From NCBI GenBank assembly GCA_044225505.1, contig JBGAIN010000007.1:1-64000 (forward strand): 64,000 bases of DNA, in the 5' to 3' direction. The notes under the pieces were generated by a model. It saw only the letters and a program-made list of their open reading frames with translations. It had not been told where the DNA came from and ran no database searches. The position numbers and the translations under genes are program-made. This document shows, one piece after another, positions 41,874-53,120 of the stretch (its first letter is position 1; every line of letters begins with the position of its first letter). The DNA comes from Limisphaerales bacterium (GTDB lineage: Bacteria > Verrucomicrobiota > Verrucomicrobiia > Limisphaerales > SIBE01).

Positions 41874-44030
41874 CTAGTTGACGATGTTCCATTTGAAGCA
41901 TTCGCCCTGTTTGCGGGCGGGGCTTGGTCCGGTGCAACTCACAGTTACCGGCCCGGCCTCGTTTGGTTTCGTCGTGAGGTAACGATGATTCGTGAGTGAC
42001 ATCAGCATGGTATCGCCGCGCATCAAATTAATCCACTGAAAAGCCTCAGCTTCACCTGGAACAATTCCGACAAGGTCTTTCAAGACGGTTGCTTCACCAT
42101 CGGCCGAAACGAACCGACCGTTCGCAGCCTTCAGCGCGACTCGGCCCAGGCCCAAGTCCATGAGCTGAAATTGTGCGTTCAACGGAACGACGCCCGGCGT
42201 CGCTGGCGCACTATTCACCAGCAAGTTTTTTTCCGTATCAGCGACCAGAAAGGTGCCATCCGCTCCGCTGATCAGCGCGATGGTTTTGCCTGTCGGAATC
42301 TCGCGTTCAATGCCCCGAGCGCGAGGTTCCTCACAGATATAGTTGTCGAAGTCGGCATAGCCGCCGGGCTGGCCTGACGCGTTGTAGTGAAAGAGGCCAG
42401 GGCGGACGCCCTGAAACGTCGTCAACTGAAAGCTCATGGTGAACGGATTGCCCAGAGAGGTGAACTGTTTGCCATCCGGGCTCCAACTGAAAATCGCCTG
42501 GTCGTTGTCAAAGTTACAGTGGACGCGAAGCCAGAGACGCTTTTGTGGGAGGCCAGAGTTGACAGTGGGCGCGTTGGTCTGGCTCGAGGCGTCGGCGCCC
42601 GGCCGACTGCGGCCCGGCGCCCGGCCGGTGTCCATCTGTAAAGTCGCTCCCTCGGCGGATTGCACCACTCCGACCCATGCATACGGGGTGCTCACCAGTC
42701 CCAGACCAGCCGAATCTCCGGCGACCATGCCGGCCGTATCCAACTCGACCGTGATAACACACTCGGGGCCAGGCGGGCGCTGGCAAACCGTGTTGCGAGC
42801 ATTATAGAAGTTCGTTGCCGGGATGGAATGTAAGCGCAAAACGCCTGGTTTTTCCGATAGCGACCATTTGGCATCGTCGGGCACGTGATTCCATTGCCAG
42901 TGCGGGTTCAACTGTCCGTCGTCGAAATTCTCGTCCCAGACATATGTTGGTTTGGGCTCCGGCAAGAACCCGGTGTTCGGTTTGATCCAAGTATTGGGCG
43001 CCTTGCGCGGGTTCCCCGGGAGGCCTATCAACGGGAAGTTCTCGGCCCAAGTCACGGGGACCAGGGAAACCATCCGTCCAGCGCTGCCATGATCCGACAT
43101 GATCACGCACCACCACTCTCCAGTGGGCGTATTACACATGCCCCCCTGGTGAATCCAGAGTCCGCGATCGTTAGCCGTCGCGAGATCGGGAGCTCTGGCC
43201 GGCACCCCCATCGACTCGTTCTGCACCATGTAAGTCACCTCCCACGGACCATCGATAGAATCCGCGCGAGCGACCATTTGATCGACTGGGCCACCGGGAA
43301 TGGCAGAGATGTCGAAGTATTTGCCGTTGATCTTGTAGAGATGGTGCCCCTCGCCCATGCGCGTGCCGCGTGGGATAACCATCTGACGTTTGGGAGCGTT
43401 GGGATCAAAGGCTTTCATGTCCGGCGTCAGCTCTTCGATCGGGTAGGTCGTGGATCCGTCCGGAGCCCGGTTGCCCGCGCTGGAAATCATGAAGATTTTA
43501 TTGAGATCGTCATCGAATAGCACGGACAAGTCATGCCGTCCGGGCAACTGGTTGCGTTCCCAAGGACCTTTGATCGACTTCGAGCGGAAGACCTGCAAGC
43601 CCACGCCGTTGATGTTCGAGAAGATATAAAAAGTGTCTTTGTGATAACGGATGCACGGTGCCCAGATGCCGCGGCCGTAGATGTTCCCCCCCTCAAGCCG
43701 GAATGCGGGACCGAAGTCCAGCCGATCCATACAGTAGCCGACCAATTCCCAATTCACCAGATCTTTGGAATGCAGGATTTCCAAAGCTGGGTTCATATGC
43801 ATGGTAGTCCCAACCAGGTAGTAGTCGTCTCCGACGCGGATCATGTCTGGATCTTCAAACTCTCCATTGAATAGCGGGTTCGAGTAGGTCCCGTTGCCGT
43901 TGTCGGCCGTCCAATGCTTCATCGCGGCGGGAGGAAGTCCAGCGGAAGCCCCAGAGGATGTTTGCGGCGTCAGGAGAACAGCGCCGGCCAATATTAGTCC
44001 CGCAGCACCAATTTTAGAGGAGAGAAACAT
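41874..44030 (-). CDS. GH43 glycoside hydrolase with C-terminal beta-trefoil-like domain
   Basis: DNGNGTYSNP..EDPD, IWAPCIRYH, GEGHHLYK, WQWNH; signal peptide. Confidence 0.88.
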   Translation of the reverse strand: MFLSSKIGAAGLILAGAVLLTPQTSSGASAGLPPAAMKHWTADNGNGTYSNPLFNGEFEDPDMIRVGDDYYLVGTTMHMNPALEILHSKDLVNWELVGYCMDRLDFGPAFRLEGGNIYGRGIWAPCIRYHKDTFYIFSNINGVGLQVFRSKSIKGPWERNQLPGRHDLSVLFDDDLNKIFMISSAGNRAPDGSTTYPIEELTPDMKAFDPNAPKRQMVIPRGTRMGEGHHLYKINGKYFDISAIPGGPVDQMVARADSIDGPWEVTYMVQNESMGVPARAPDLATANDRGLWIHQGGMCNTPTGEWWCVIMSDHGSAGRMVSLVPVTWAENFPLIGLPGNPRKAPNTWIKPNTGFLPEPKPTYVWDENFDDGQLNPHWQWNHVPDDAKWSLSEKPGVLRLHSIPATNFYNARNTVCQRPPGPECVITVELDTAGMVAGDSAGLGLVSTPYAWVGVVQSAEGATLQMDTGRAPGRSRPGADASSQTNAPTVNSGLPQKRLWLRVHCNFDNDQAIFSWSPDGKQFTSLGNPFTMSFQLTTFQGVRPGLFHYNASGQPGGYADFDNYICEEPRARGIEREIPTGKTIALISGADGTFLVADTEKNLLVNSAPATPGVVPLNAQFQLMDLGLGRVALKAANGRFVSADGEATVLKDLVGIVPGEAEAFQWINLMRGDTMLMSLTNHRYLTTKPNEAGPVTVSCTGPSPARKQGECFKWNIVN

Positions 44031-44123
44031 AAATCAACATTTGGGTTTACCCTGGAAATCCAACCTGTTGTCGCTGGGCGCTTCCTAGGGCTCCGACTTC
44101 CGCCAACCGCAACTCATCGTTTT

Positions 44124-45710
44124 CTATTTCGCCCAACTCTCGCCTTCCGGTGTTCGACGCCACGCAAAGTAGGCGTCCAAAACCTTCAGCGATTCAGCAC
44201 TCGGCACTGGGCCAGGGTAAGGCTTCTGATTGAAATACATCACGACAGGCTCCGCCTCGCTGAAAGCCGGCCAAGCGGGGACGCCCGCGCCGCTGGGATC
44301 ACCACGCTTGGCGAAGTTTACCCAGTAAGTCGCCACGGCCTCGGAAATCTCGAGATCGGCTTTCGTCGTTTGCGAACTGTTAACGTTGAGATGTTGAAAG
44401 ACGTAGGGCACATCCGCGCCATGCGGCATGCCATAGCCAGCGCGTGGCGAATCGGCAGGGTTGTCTGGGTGCTGGTCGAAATAGTAGCAGAAGACCTTCG
44501 ATTTTCCAGTCTTGGCCTGTAGTCGCGCCCAAGTCCAGGTATGCCAGCCAAAGGCCGCATCGCGGGCCAGATCCCGGGCGGTCTTCGGAACGACATTGGT
44601 GCCGACGGGATAGGCTTTGATCAGTTCGTCCGCAAACTTGCCGTATCGTGTTTTGACGCCGGTGATGTAGTCTTCAGGGGTTTTTGGCGGCCAGAAGCTC
44701 GCGCCCTCATCAGAGTTATAACCCACCAAGATAGGCGTGTCGTTGTATTTGCCCGCAGCGTAGAGTTTGTACTGGTCGTCCGGAATGACCCAACCGTCGA
44801 TAATCGGCCACGCCGAACCAAGTCCGCGGCCCGCGGGAAGTTTGTCGGGAGCCAGCGTTCGCAGCTCCTCGATCGACGCGCCTCCCGCGCTTTTGGCGAA
44901 CTCTTCTCCCAAACGCTCTGCATCAGCGAGGCGTTTCAAGTTCTCTCCTGGAAAGGTGGTGGGACGCGGAGGTCCGAATGAACCGCCGCTCTGCGAGATA
45001 GCACCATGGAAGAGGCCCTTGGCTAAAGGTGAGGCGCACAACATACTGACAGCGATACCTCCCGCAGATTCGCCGAAAATTGTCACCTGGTTGGGATCGC
45101 CGCCGAAGGCAGCGATGTTCTTTTGCACCCAACGCAGCCCTTCGATCATGTCCAGCAGGCCGTAATTGCAGGAAACGCGGTTGGCCGTTTCGGCGCTCAA
45201 TTCCGGATGCGCCAGGAATCCAAGTTGCCCCACCCGGTAGGCGATGCTAACCAGGACAATGCCTTTTTGAGCCAGTTTTTCCCCGCTATAGTTTGGCTCG
45301 GACGTGGCACCACCAGCAAATCCGCCCCCGTAAATCCATACCATCACGGGAATCCGCTCTCCAGCAGCCTTCGCCGGCGTCCAAACGTTCAGGTAAAGGC
45401 AGTCCTCGCTCATTCCAACAGCGTTTCTTGATCCTTGGATCGGTTTGGGACCGAACATAACGGCTTGCCGCACACCTTCCCACTTCGCCAGAGGTTGAGG
45501 GGCACGCCAGCGAAGGTTGCCTACAGGCGGGGCCGCGAAGGGGATCCCCCGGTAAACTGTCAACCCGCGTTCCAAAGTCCCTTGCACCAGTCCGTGTTCG
45601 ACGCGGATGGGCTCACCTCGCTCTACCGGGTTCAGTGGGTTGGCCTGCTGCGCCCGTCCGAGAACCGGAAGTAGCAAGCACAGTAGAGCAAACGATGCGC
45701 GGATAAGCAT
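44124..45710 (-). CDS. Type-B carboxylesterase
   Basis: GIPFAAPP, SEDCLYLNVW, WIYGGGF, FGESAG. Start re-called at MLIRA. Confidence 0.9.
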   Translation of the reverse strand: MLIRASFALLCLLLPVLGRAQQANPLNPVERGEPIRVEHGLVQGTLERGLTVYRGIPFAAPPVGNLRWRAPQPLAKWEGVRQAVMFGPKPIQGSRNAVGMSEDCLYLNVWTPAKAAGERIPVMVWIYGGGFAGGATSEPNYSGEKLAQKGIVLVSIAYRVGQLGFLAHPELSAETANRVSCNYGLLDMIEGLRWVQKNIAAFGGDPNQVTIFGESAGGIAVSMLCASPLAKGLFHGAISQSGGSFGPPRPTTFPGENLKRLADAERLGEEFAKSAGGASIEELRTLAPDKLPAGRGLGSAWPIIDGWVIPDDQYKLYAAGKYNDTPILVGYNSDEGASFWPPKTPEDYITGVKTRYGKFADELIKAYPVGTNVVPKTARDLARDAAFGWHTWTWARLQAKTGKSKVFCYYFDQHPDNPADSPRAGYGMPHGADVPYVFQHLNVNSSQTTKADLEISEAVATYWVNFAKRGDPSGAGVPAWPAFSEAEPVVMYFNQKPYPGPVPSAESLKVLDAYFAWRRTPEGESWAK

Positions 45711-45761
45711 ATGATTTTGTTTCTCGATCTCAGACGTTTTGAGTTCCGCCTTCGACACGCG

Positions 45762-46616
45762 CTATTGGTTTCTGTCATGGCTAGGGCCGAGCAGCGTCAG
45801 CATGACTTCGGCATAGCGCTTGCCTAATTCTCGATAGCCTGCGGGGGCAAAATGGAGATGATCCGGCCGTCCAGCACACCCAGCCGAGGAGACGACGTGG
45901 GCCGTCGGAATTAGCTTTGGCAATTCGTTGATAACTCGATTCATGCTGGCGCAGGCGCCTTTTTGATCCTCGCTGACCAACTCGCCGACGAGCAACGGGA
46001 CTTCGCCAGCCTTGAGATTTAGGTCGCCGAGCAGGTTCTCGTAGATCCCTTTGACTTTCTGCGGCCATTCCTTGTCGTTGGTATTGGACTCGCCTTGATG
46101 CAACAAAATTCCCTTAATGACGCCATTCTTCTGAGCCAACTTTGCCATCGTTACCAAGTGTTCATAAGGGTTTCCGCTGTAGGTGTTGATGATGTTGGTC
46201 ATCCATTTGGGTGCCGTCGAGGCATACGCCTGAAAATTGTCCTTGTTAAATAATTCGATTTTGCAGCCAGCGACGGAAACGTTGACGATTCCCACTCTTG
46301 CGCTCGGCGGGAGATGGGGAACCAAAGTTCTCCCAAAATAGTCGGCCGGACTCAAACCGGCGGAGGGTCGACATAACGGCGGGATGGCTGGATACCAATT
46401 CCCTCGGGTTCGGCCTTGCTTCGGAAAATCGACGGCTGCCAGCACTTCAAACCGTTCTTCGACAGGCCCTTTATCCTGATCCTCAATTCCGGGAAACCCT
46501 TCCATATTGGATTGACCAAAGCAGAGGAAAACGAAACGGTTTGTTTCCTGAGCCGTCGCGTTGGCGCCAAAAGAAAGAATTCCAGCCAGTGCGAGGATAA
46601 GGGGCATCGCCTTCAT
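45762..46616 (-). CDS. CE6/SASA-family acetylxylan esterase
   Basis: GQSNMEG, HQGES, DHLH motifs. Confidence 0.9.
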   Translation of the reverse strand: MKAMPLILALAGILSFGANATAQETNRFVFLCFGQSNMEGFPGIEDQDKGPVEERFEVLAAVDFPKQGRTRGNWYPAIPPLCRPSAGLSPADYFGRTLVPHLPPSARVGIVNVSVAGCKIELFNKDNFQAYASTAPKWMTNIINTYSGNPYEHLVTMAKLAQKNGVIKGILLHQGESNTNDKEWPQKVKGIYENLLGDLNLKAGEVPLLVGELVSEDQKGACASMNRVINELPKLIPTAHVVSSAGCAGRPDHLHFAPAGYRELGKRYAEVMLTLLGPSHDRNQ

Positions 46617-46669
46617 AAGAGTTTAAGCTGCCGGCCCGAGACGCACTAAGATTCTCCGAATCGGCTTGA

Positions 46670-47797
46670 TCACTTGAAGTATAACTGGAGTGTCTCAGCG
46701 AGGTAGTGCCGAGCGTTCATCCAAGTGTGTCCACCGCCCGTGACGAGGCTTTTGTGTTCGATTCGCTTCGCCTTCAGATATTCATCAAAGGCCACCGACT
46801 GTTTGTAAAGAAAATCGTCGGATCCAACGCCCAGCCACAACAGTTTCAACTGCCGATTTGTTGTGTCGGGGTTGGCGGCGAGGCGGTCGAAGTATTTGTC
46901 GCATACCTCCGGCGTCAGGTAGGCGCTGTAGGAACCAATCCAGGCGAACTTGTCCAAATAACTGAAACCCGCAAAAAGGGATTGCCCGCCGCCGCGCGAA
47001 AACCCGGCCACCGCGCGTCCCTCGCGTGAGGCAACGACACGGTAGTTTACCTCGATATAAGGGACAATATTCTCCACCAATTCGTCGTTGAAAACTTTAT
47101 ACATCTCCGCAGCCTGCAACGACGTCGGCGCTGGGGTCCCCATCATCATATTGCCATACGGCAAGACGAGGATCATGGGCACTGCCTTTTTCTGCGCGAT
47201 CAAGTTGTCGAGGATGAAGTTGGCCCGACCCACCTTAAACCAGGTCTCCTCGGTATCCGTCGTGCCGCTAACCAGGTAGAGCACGGGTAACTTTTCTGAG
47301 CCCGCACGGTAACCTGGCGGAGTGTAAACGACCAACGGACGCGTCCGCTGTAACGTCTTGGAATGATAGTAACAATAGGTCATTTCGCCGTGGGGAACAT
47401 CCCGGACCGTATGAAGCAACGGCTGGTCTCCGGGAATGTCCACCATGCTCGCCTTGAAGCGTTCATTTGGGAACAGATCCTGGTTGCCCGGGTCAGCGAC
47501 GCCAACCCCGTCCACGACGAAGTTGTAAGGATAGAGGTTGGGTTCGATCGGGCCAACGGTAATACTCCAGACGCCATTTGTGTCCGCCGTTAAGGCTTGA
47601 TTCGCTTTAAGGAACTGACCGCTCAGTTCAACCTTCTTTGCGCCCGCAGCTCGGAAGTTGAAAGTGACGGTCCGGTCCGGATGCACCACCGGCGATTGAA
47701 TCTGCGGAGGACGCGGAGCTTGCGCCTGCGCCTGCGCCGTTAACACTAGAAACAAGCAAATGGCGGAAGCGGTTGAAGCTTGAGGCATCGTTTTCAT
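46670..47797 (-). CDS. CE1-like esterase with N-terminal CBM48/E-set domain
   Basis: SPVVHPDRTVTF, VYTPPGY, AGFSRGG, GGHTW. Confidence 0.88.
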   Translation of the reverse strand: MKTMPQASTASAICLFLVLTAQAQAQAPRPPQIQSPVVHPDRTVTFNFRAAGAKKVELSGQFLKANQALTADTNGVWSITVGPIEPNLYPYNFVVDGVGVADPGNQDLFPNERFKASMVDIPGDQPLLHTVRDVPHGEMTYCYYHSKTLQRTRPLVVYTPPGYRAGSEKLPVLYLVSGTTDTEETWFKVGRANFILDNLIAQKKAVPMILVLPYGNMMMGTPAPTSLQAAEMYKVFNDELVENIVPYIEVNYRVVASREGRAVAGFSRGGGQSLFAGFSYLDKFAWIGSYSAYLTPEVCDKYFDRLAANPDTTNRQLKLLWLGVGSDDFLYKQSVAFDEYLKAKRIEHKSLVTGGGHTWMNARHYLAETLQLYFK

Positions 47798-49053
47798 GGC
47801 GCAGCTGCTTTCTTGGCTTCGGCAATAACGGCATCGAAGGCTGGTTTAGGTTGGCTATTGGCATCGAAGAGAAGCGGCTTTCCGTTGGCTCGCCAAGAGT
47901 TTCCATCATTGGCACCCCAGAAAGTGACCATCTCTACGTTCTTGTCGTGTTTCAGAAATGCTCGGAACAGACCGGTGTAGGCTTCGGCCAGACGGCGATT
48001 AGCATCGGTGACGAGACCACCCTCTGTGGTCGCTGCACTTTCCGCGATGTCCGCCCCAAAACCGCGCTGGCCACCTTGCGCGCTGTTGACGTCGAGTTCC
48101 GTGATGTGGATGGGCAATCCGAGAGTCGCTAGCTCTGTGAGGGCGGCATCCATGCTCTCAAAACTGATCGAGACGTTGACGTGCGCTTGAGACCCGATGG
48201 CACCGACTGGGACCTTCTGTTCCTGTAACGACCGGATGAGGGCGATGAGTTTGCGACGCTTGGCCGGGTTCTCCAATCCATAGTCATTGTAACGGAGAAT
48301 CGCCTCTGGATCTGCTTCATGGGCGTATTGGAAAGCCTTGGCGATGAAATCCGGTCCGATAATCTCAAACCACAGCGAGTTCCGCAGAATGTTGGTGCCG
48401 TTGTCCGCGATCGCCTCGTTCACCACGTCCCACACTCTGACCTTGCCCTTGTAGCGGCTGACGACCGTATGGATATGATCGTGCATCCGCTCCAACAACT
48501 CCTCTCGAGACGCTCGCGGCCCCGTGTATCGTCCGAAGAAGCCCCCACCAAATCGCCCCCGCCCGAACTGGTTTGTCCCCAGCGCATTCGTGTCCGCGTC
48601 AACCCTGACCGGGACGTTCGTCACTCCTGGCGGAGGCGGGTTCGTGCCAGCGAATACCCAATGCGGGGTTTGAGAGTGCCAAACCAGTGTGTGCCCGGCC
48701 ACTTCCATCCGATTACTCAGGCCGAAATTGACAAAGGCATCGGCTGGGCCAAAGTCGTAACCGTCCGGCCCAGAGCGCGGATGGATAAGTGCCCATTTCA
48801 TGTCATTCTCGGCAACCACTTGGTTGAACTGGGCCTTGACAAGTGCCACGTCCTTGTTGACCTGCTCTGGGCTGCGCCGGAAGCCAACGCCTGTCACGAT
48901 TCCCCGGTTGACGGCTGTGCCCACGAGAAAACGTTTTTCGAAAGCATCTTTGAGAGCAGGCATGTCCGCCGCGTGGGCCATGGCTCCTTGGCCAACGAAC
49001 AGCCCCGTGAGCAGCCCCAGGCACCAAGTTCGAGTCAGGTCATGAGTATTCAT
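47794..49053 (-). CDS. GH10 endo-1,4-beta-xylanase
   Basis: AENDMKW, GHTLVWHSQ, WDVVNE, YNDY, ITELDV. Confidence 0.93.
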   Translation of the reverse strand: MNTHDLTRTWCLGLLTGLFVGQGAMAHAADMPALKDAFEKRFLVGTAVNRGIVTGVGFRRSPEQVNKDVALVKAQFNQVVAENDMKWALIHPRSGPDGYDFGPADAFVNFGLSNRMEVAGHTLVWHSQTPHWVFAGTNPPPPGVTNVPVRVDADTNALGTNQFGRGRFGGGFFGRYTGPRASREELLERMHDHIHTVVSRYKGKVRVWDVVNEAIADNGTNILRNSLWFEIIGPDFIAKAFQYAHEADPEAILRYNDYGLENPAKRRKLIALIRSLQEQKVPVGAIGSQAHVNVSISFESMDAALTELATLGLPIHITELDVNSAQGGQRGFGADIAESAATTEGGLVTDANRRLAEAYTGLFRAFLKHDKNVEMVTFWGANDGNSWRANGKPLLFDANSQPKPAFDAVIAEAKKAAAP

Positions 49054-49217
49054 TCAGAAATCCTCTTCCGTTGTTCAGCTTGTAATCCGGCTAATCTCCA
49101 GTGCTTTAACGCAGCCACGGTAACCTCGTGAATCGCGCTCACATTGGCGGCTGTCTCGCCTCGAGCTACGATTTTCGAGTTCATGAGTGCTTGTGAGAGC
49201 ATTTGTCCACGCCAGCA

Positions 49218-50699
49218 TTACGGCCCCACATGAATCACTATGCGGCGATACGCAAATAGGTTCGGCATGCCATCATCGACAACCTGAAGGATGACATGGA
49301 CGGTCCCGTCCTTGCCTGCCGCCGGCAGCACGACCTCCGTGTTTAGCCCGGTCGTTTGGGTTAACGTCGCCCCGGAGAGACTCCCAGCCTCACCGTAGAT
49401 CCACCACGTGACTTTCACACTCTGACCTTCGTCACCGGCATCCGTTCCATTCGCAGACAGCTTCAGGGTGGCTCCAGATTTTGCGGTGATCGTCGCCACG
49501 TCAGTCGAACGGTTGCCGTTGAGCACCGGGCGCGGATTATGGTTCGCCTTTTTGAAATCGTCCGCCACGCACCAGTCCATGCGCGCGGCGAAATCACTCT
49601 GGAAGTGCTCCCGCCAGCGCCAGATCGTCGCTTGGTTGGAGGTTTCGGCGCGGTCACCCTCGACCACGACACGGTCGCGAGTACTGGCATTCTCCGTCCA
49701 AATAGGGCGCGTTTCACTCGCTGATTGGTAGAGCGCGTAACGTCCGCCCCACCCGCCGAAGGCCGGAGTATTTTCCCAACCCAGACCGCGATCGATCAAC
49801 CCGAGAAAACTCGGCGTATCGCCCTCCATAATATACTGGAGTCGCGGATAGAGTGCGCCGAGCGGGCCGTGGTTCCTGATGATATGGGTCTCCAACCACG
49901 GATTGTCCACCATCTCGAAATGATAACCGAGGGCGGTATGATCCCCGCGTCCGCCGGAAATACCGGTCCAGGCGGCTCGATAGTATTCGAGCGAACTCGC
50001 TGGGTTTGACGGGGAGACGATGTAGAACACATTAGTGAACTCACGGCGTATCCAGCCGCCAGAATCATCTTGATCGGAAATCGCATAGACCCGCAACTTC
50101 GCCGTGAACTTTTCCACCTCGGCTGCCGAGCGAGAAGCGCGCACATCCCACAGCGCTTGCGCCAGTGTATTGGGTCCACCCCAGACTGACACCCAGAGCG
50201 GCCGGTCGTCAGCGCGGTCAACTGCCTCAACAATCCTTTGGGATCCTCCGGTGCTTTTCCCCTGGCCAACAGCGGCCATGCCATATTCGGTTTGCCCCGT
50301 CTTCGTCACGGCCAATAGCTTTTCCGCGGGCGGGAACGCCGCGGCGTGTTTCACTAGATTGGTGTGCACCTGGGCATAGGCAACAAGGTCACGGCGGATG
50401 AGGTCCTCGCGCGGGCCATGCCGGAGCCAAGTCGATGTGGTGGCGATGAGACCCTCGATATCGAATTGGTCGGAATAAACCAGCAGTCGGACGAAAGATT
50501 CCTCGTCATCAGGTTCATTGGAAAGGTCCGTCAGAACGACCAACCGCGGCTTATGATGGGCCGCGAACTGCAGAACGTCCTGCGCGCGTGCGCAGGCTCC
50601 GGAGAATGATCCCAGCATTAGCAGCAGGGCGAGCCAGCGCGTTATCGGAAAGACATCGATGCGTCTGCGAGTCATGGGGTTAATGGATGGGTGTCTCAT
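49218..50699 (-). CDS. DUF1593 nucleoside-hydrolase-like protein
   Basis: LTDLSNEPDDEESFVR, WGGPNTLAQAL, ISDQDD, MEGDTPSF, FAARMDW. Confidence 0.88.
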   Translation of the reverse strand: MRHPSINPMTRRRIDVFPITRWLALLLMLGSFSGACARAQDVLQFAAHHKPRLVVLTDLSNEPDDEESFVRLLVYSDQFDIEGLIATTSTWLRHGPREDLIRRDLVAYAQVHTNLVKHAAAFPPAEKLLAVTKTGQTEYGMAAVGQGKSTGGSQRIVEAVDRADDRPLWVSVWGGPNTLAQALWDVRASRSAAEVEKFTAKLRVYAISDQDDSGGWIRREFTNVFYIVSPSNPASSLEYYRAAWTGISGGRGDHTALGYHFEMVDNPWLETHIIRNHGPLGALYPRLQYIMEGDTPSFLGLIDRGLGWENTPAFGGWGGRYALYQSASETRPIWTENASTRDRVVVEGDRAETSNQATIWRWREHFQSDFAARMDWCVADDFKKANHNPRPVLNGNRSTDVATITAKSGATLKLSANGTDAGDEGQSVKVTWWIYGEAGSLSGATLTQTTGLNTEVVLPAAGKDGTVHVILQVVDDGMPNLFAYRRIVIHVGP

Positions 50700-53104
50700 C
50701 GGGTAGCGGGCCGCATCAGCCGCACGTCAAATACTCCGCCTGCCAGTGAGCCGTCCCGGCCCGCAAACCGAACGAGCACGTGGCCGTTCTTGGCGGCGTC
50801 TATCACCACGGGCGGCAACACGTAGCGCTTCTCGACGAACTCTCCCATGCGGGACCCGTCGAGCCGCTCTGTGGCCAGGAGCGTGCCGTTTGCTAGAACT
50901 TCGAACTGCCGACCCCGGTCCGAGCCCGAGTAGGTCACCGCCAGGTCGGCCGCCGTCTCGCCGCGAAGATCAAGCGTGTATTCAAACCAGTGGCCATGGC
51001 GCCAGCGGCGGTCCTGGAATTCCCCGGTCTGCACACCATCGCCAATGAAGCCATGCTCCGCCTCCGGTTGTTGCTCGCCAACAGCGACCGAGTCGAGGGT
51101 CGCAGCCTCGCGAGCTTGCTTCACCCGTTCCTCAGTAGCAAGTCGCTCCTGCCGGCTCGCGACGTTTTCCTTGGTCATGAGCTGCCAATACATCTGATAA
51201 CGCGAATCGTGCAAGCGGAAGAACGGCACAAGCGGCAGACCCTCTCGGGTTTCCGGGAAGGCCACATCCAATAGGCGGAAATGCAGCGGCCCTGCGGCCG
51301 CTTCGGGCCGAATACGACCAGGCAAATCTTCGGCGTTGGCCACGAGAACAGGAGACCGGTCCAGCGGCACCATCGGCCCGCTGGCCACATGCCCCATGCG
51401 CGAGTCGTTCGCACGCAGACCGGTCAGGTCATTCGTCCCCGCGGGCGAAACGAGCACGATGGGACCGCGCAGAAGCGCGACCCAATCCGAACCATCCGGC
51501 AGGCGTTCGACCGTTGTGCGCATCGGAAGTTCTATCTCGACGCGGTCGCCATCGTGCCATTCGCGCTGAAGTGCCAAGTACGACGAGGGTGCGGCAGCTA
51601 GCTTTATTGCCCGGCCGTTGACCCGCACCGCGAAATCTTCGCTGGCGACCCAGCCAGGGTGGCGAACGTGCAGCGTGAATGTAGCCGACTCCTGCAACCG
51701 CACGATCAAGCGCGTGCGTGGTTCGTCGGGGAATTTCGTTTCCTGCCGAAGCGTCAGGCCAAGGTTTGTCACGTTAAGCTCGGAGGCGATGAACAGGTTG
51801 ACGAAGAGACCGTTGGTGGCCTGCGCATAAACAAACTCGCCATACCGGCCGGGGTTTTCCATCCCTGTACCCACACAGCACCAAAACCCTTTCTCCGGTT
51901 GTGAATACACTCGGTAGTGCGCCGGGCGAATCGGCGTGAAATAGACGTAGCCTGGAATACCCGGGTGTATCGAAGCGAGGATATGGTTGTAGAGAGCGCG
52001 TTCGTAGTAGTCTGCGTAGGCGGCTCTGGGATCAGTCGCAAACAACTGCTGCGTCAATCGAAGCATGTTGTAGGTATTGCATGTCTCAGGCCCTTCACGG
52101 CTCTCCAACATCCGGTGAAAATCATTGGGATTGTTGAAATGCTCGGAAACACTATTCCCGCCAAACGCAACGCTACGTCTGCCCGTGACGTTCTCCCAAA
52201 AGTAGCGCGCGCCCGAGGCCGCCTCGTTGTCCCCAGTAAGAGCGGCGATGCGCTCCAAACCGATGACCTTTGGAATCTGCGTGTTCGCGTGTTTGCCCGT
52301 GAGCTCGTCCTGGTGACGTTCCAATGGGTCGAGCACCGCCTTGTGATTGAACCGCCGAGCCAGCGAGAGATATTTGGAGTCTCCGCTGATGGCATAAATA
52401 TCAGCCAGGACTTCGTTCATGCCGCCATGTTCCTGATTGAGCATACGCTGCATGGCCTCGTCGGAAAGGCCGGCGACGAGTTTGTCACACCAGTCTCCCA
52501 AATGAATGAGAACCTCGCGCGCCTCGACGTTACCCGTTAGAAGATAGGCATCGCGCAGGCCGGCAAACGTTTTGTGGAGGTTGCACCATGGCACCCACTT
52601 CCGATTGACTGCCTCCACCCGTCCAGTGGCCACCGCCGACCACAATGCGCGACTGCCAGGGACGCCGCCGATATAGCCGCTACTCGACGCCTTCTGGCAG
52701 CGATCCAATTCGGCGACCATGTAATCGAGCCGGCGGCGCAACTCATTCTCAGGTGTGTCCGCAGCAGACGCGACCATGGTCGCCAACGCGGAGAGGTAGT
52801 GGCCAGCGGTGTGACCATCCAATCCACTGCTTTCCCAGTTGCCATAAGGCGCGGCCTTCCGTTCGAGTCCAGCCTCGCGAAGAAATGGCGCGAGCAATCG
52901 ATCTGGATCCTGCGCCAGCAAATAGGCACGGTTCACTCGAACAGCGTCGGAGAAAGGTCCGTCCAGCAGCCGCACGCGGTTCAGCGGGAACGGTTGGCCT
53001 GGAGCCACCGGGGCAGCCTTCAACGGGCCTGAGGCTAAGGCCAGCGCACAGAAACATACCGCCAAACCCGATCTGAGGAAACTGTCGGGGAGGACCGGCA
53101 TCAT
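50696..53104 (-). CDS. GH127/GH146 beta-L-arabinofuranosidase-like protein
   Basis: GLDGHTAGHYLS, EHGGMNE, HANTQIPK, ETCNTYNML, WCCVGTGME. Confidence 0.9.
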   Translation of the reverse strand: MMPVLPDSFLRSGLAVCFCALALASGPLKAAPVAPGQPFPLNRVRLLDGPFSDAVRVNRAYLLAQDPDRLLAPFLREAGLERKAAPYGNWESSGLDGHTAGHYLSALATMVASAADTPENELRRRLDYMVAELDRCQKASSSGYIGGVPGSRALWSAVATGRVEAVNRKWVPWCNLHKTFAGLRDAYLLTGNVEAREVLIHLGDWCDKLVAGLSDEAMQRMLNQEHGGMNEVLADIYAISGDSKYLSLARRFNHKAVLDPLERHQDELTGKHANTQIPKVIGLERIAALTGDNEAASGARYFWENVTGRRSVAFGGNSVSEHFNNPNDFHRMLESREGPETCNTYNMLRLTQQLFATDPRAAYADYYERALYNHILASIHPGIPGYVYFTPIRPAHYRVYSQPEKGFWCCVGTGMENPGRYGEFVYAQATNGLFVNLFIASELNVTNLGLTLRQETKFPDEPRTRLIVRLQESATFTLHVRHPGWVASEDFAVRVNGRAIKLAAAPSSYLALQREWHDGDRVEIELPMRTTVERLPDGSDWVALLRGPIVLVSPAGTNDLTGLRANDSRMGHVASGPMVPLDRSPVLVANAEDLPGRIRPEAAAGPLHFRLLDVAFPETREGLPLVPFFRLHDSRYQMYWQLMTKENVASRQERLATEERVKQAREAATLDSVAVGEQQPEAEHGFIGDGVQTGEFQDRRWRHGHWFEYTLDLRGETAADLAVTYSGSDRGRQFEVLANGTLLATERLDGSRMGEFVEKRYVLPPVVIDAAKNGHVLVRFAGRDGSLAGGVFDVRLMRPATR

Positions 53105-53120
53105 AACGGTAAGCCCGAGT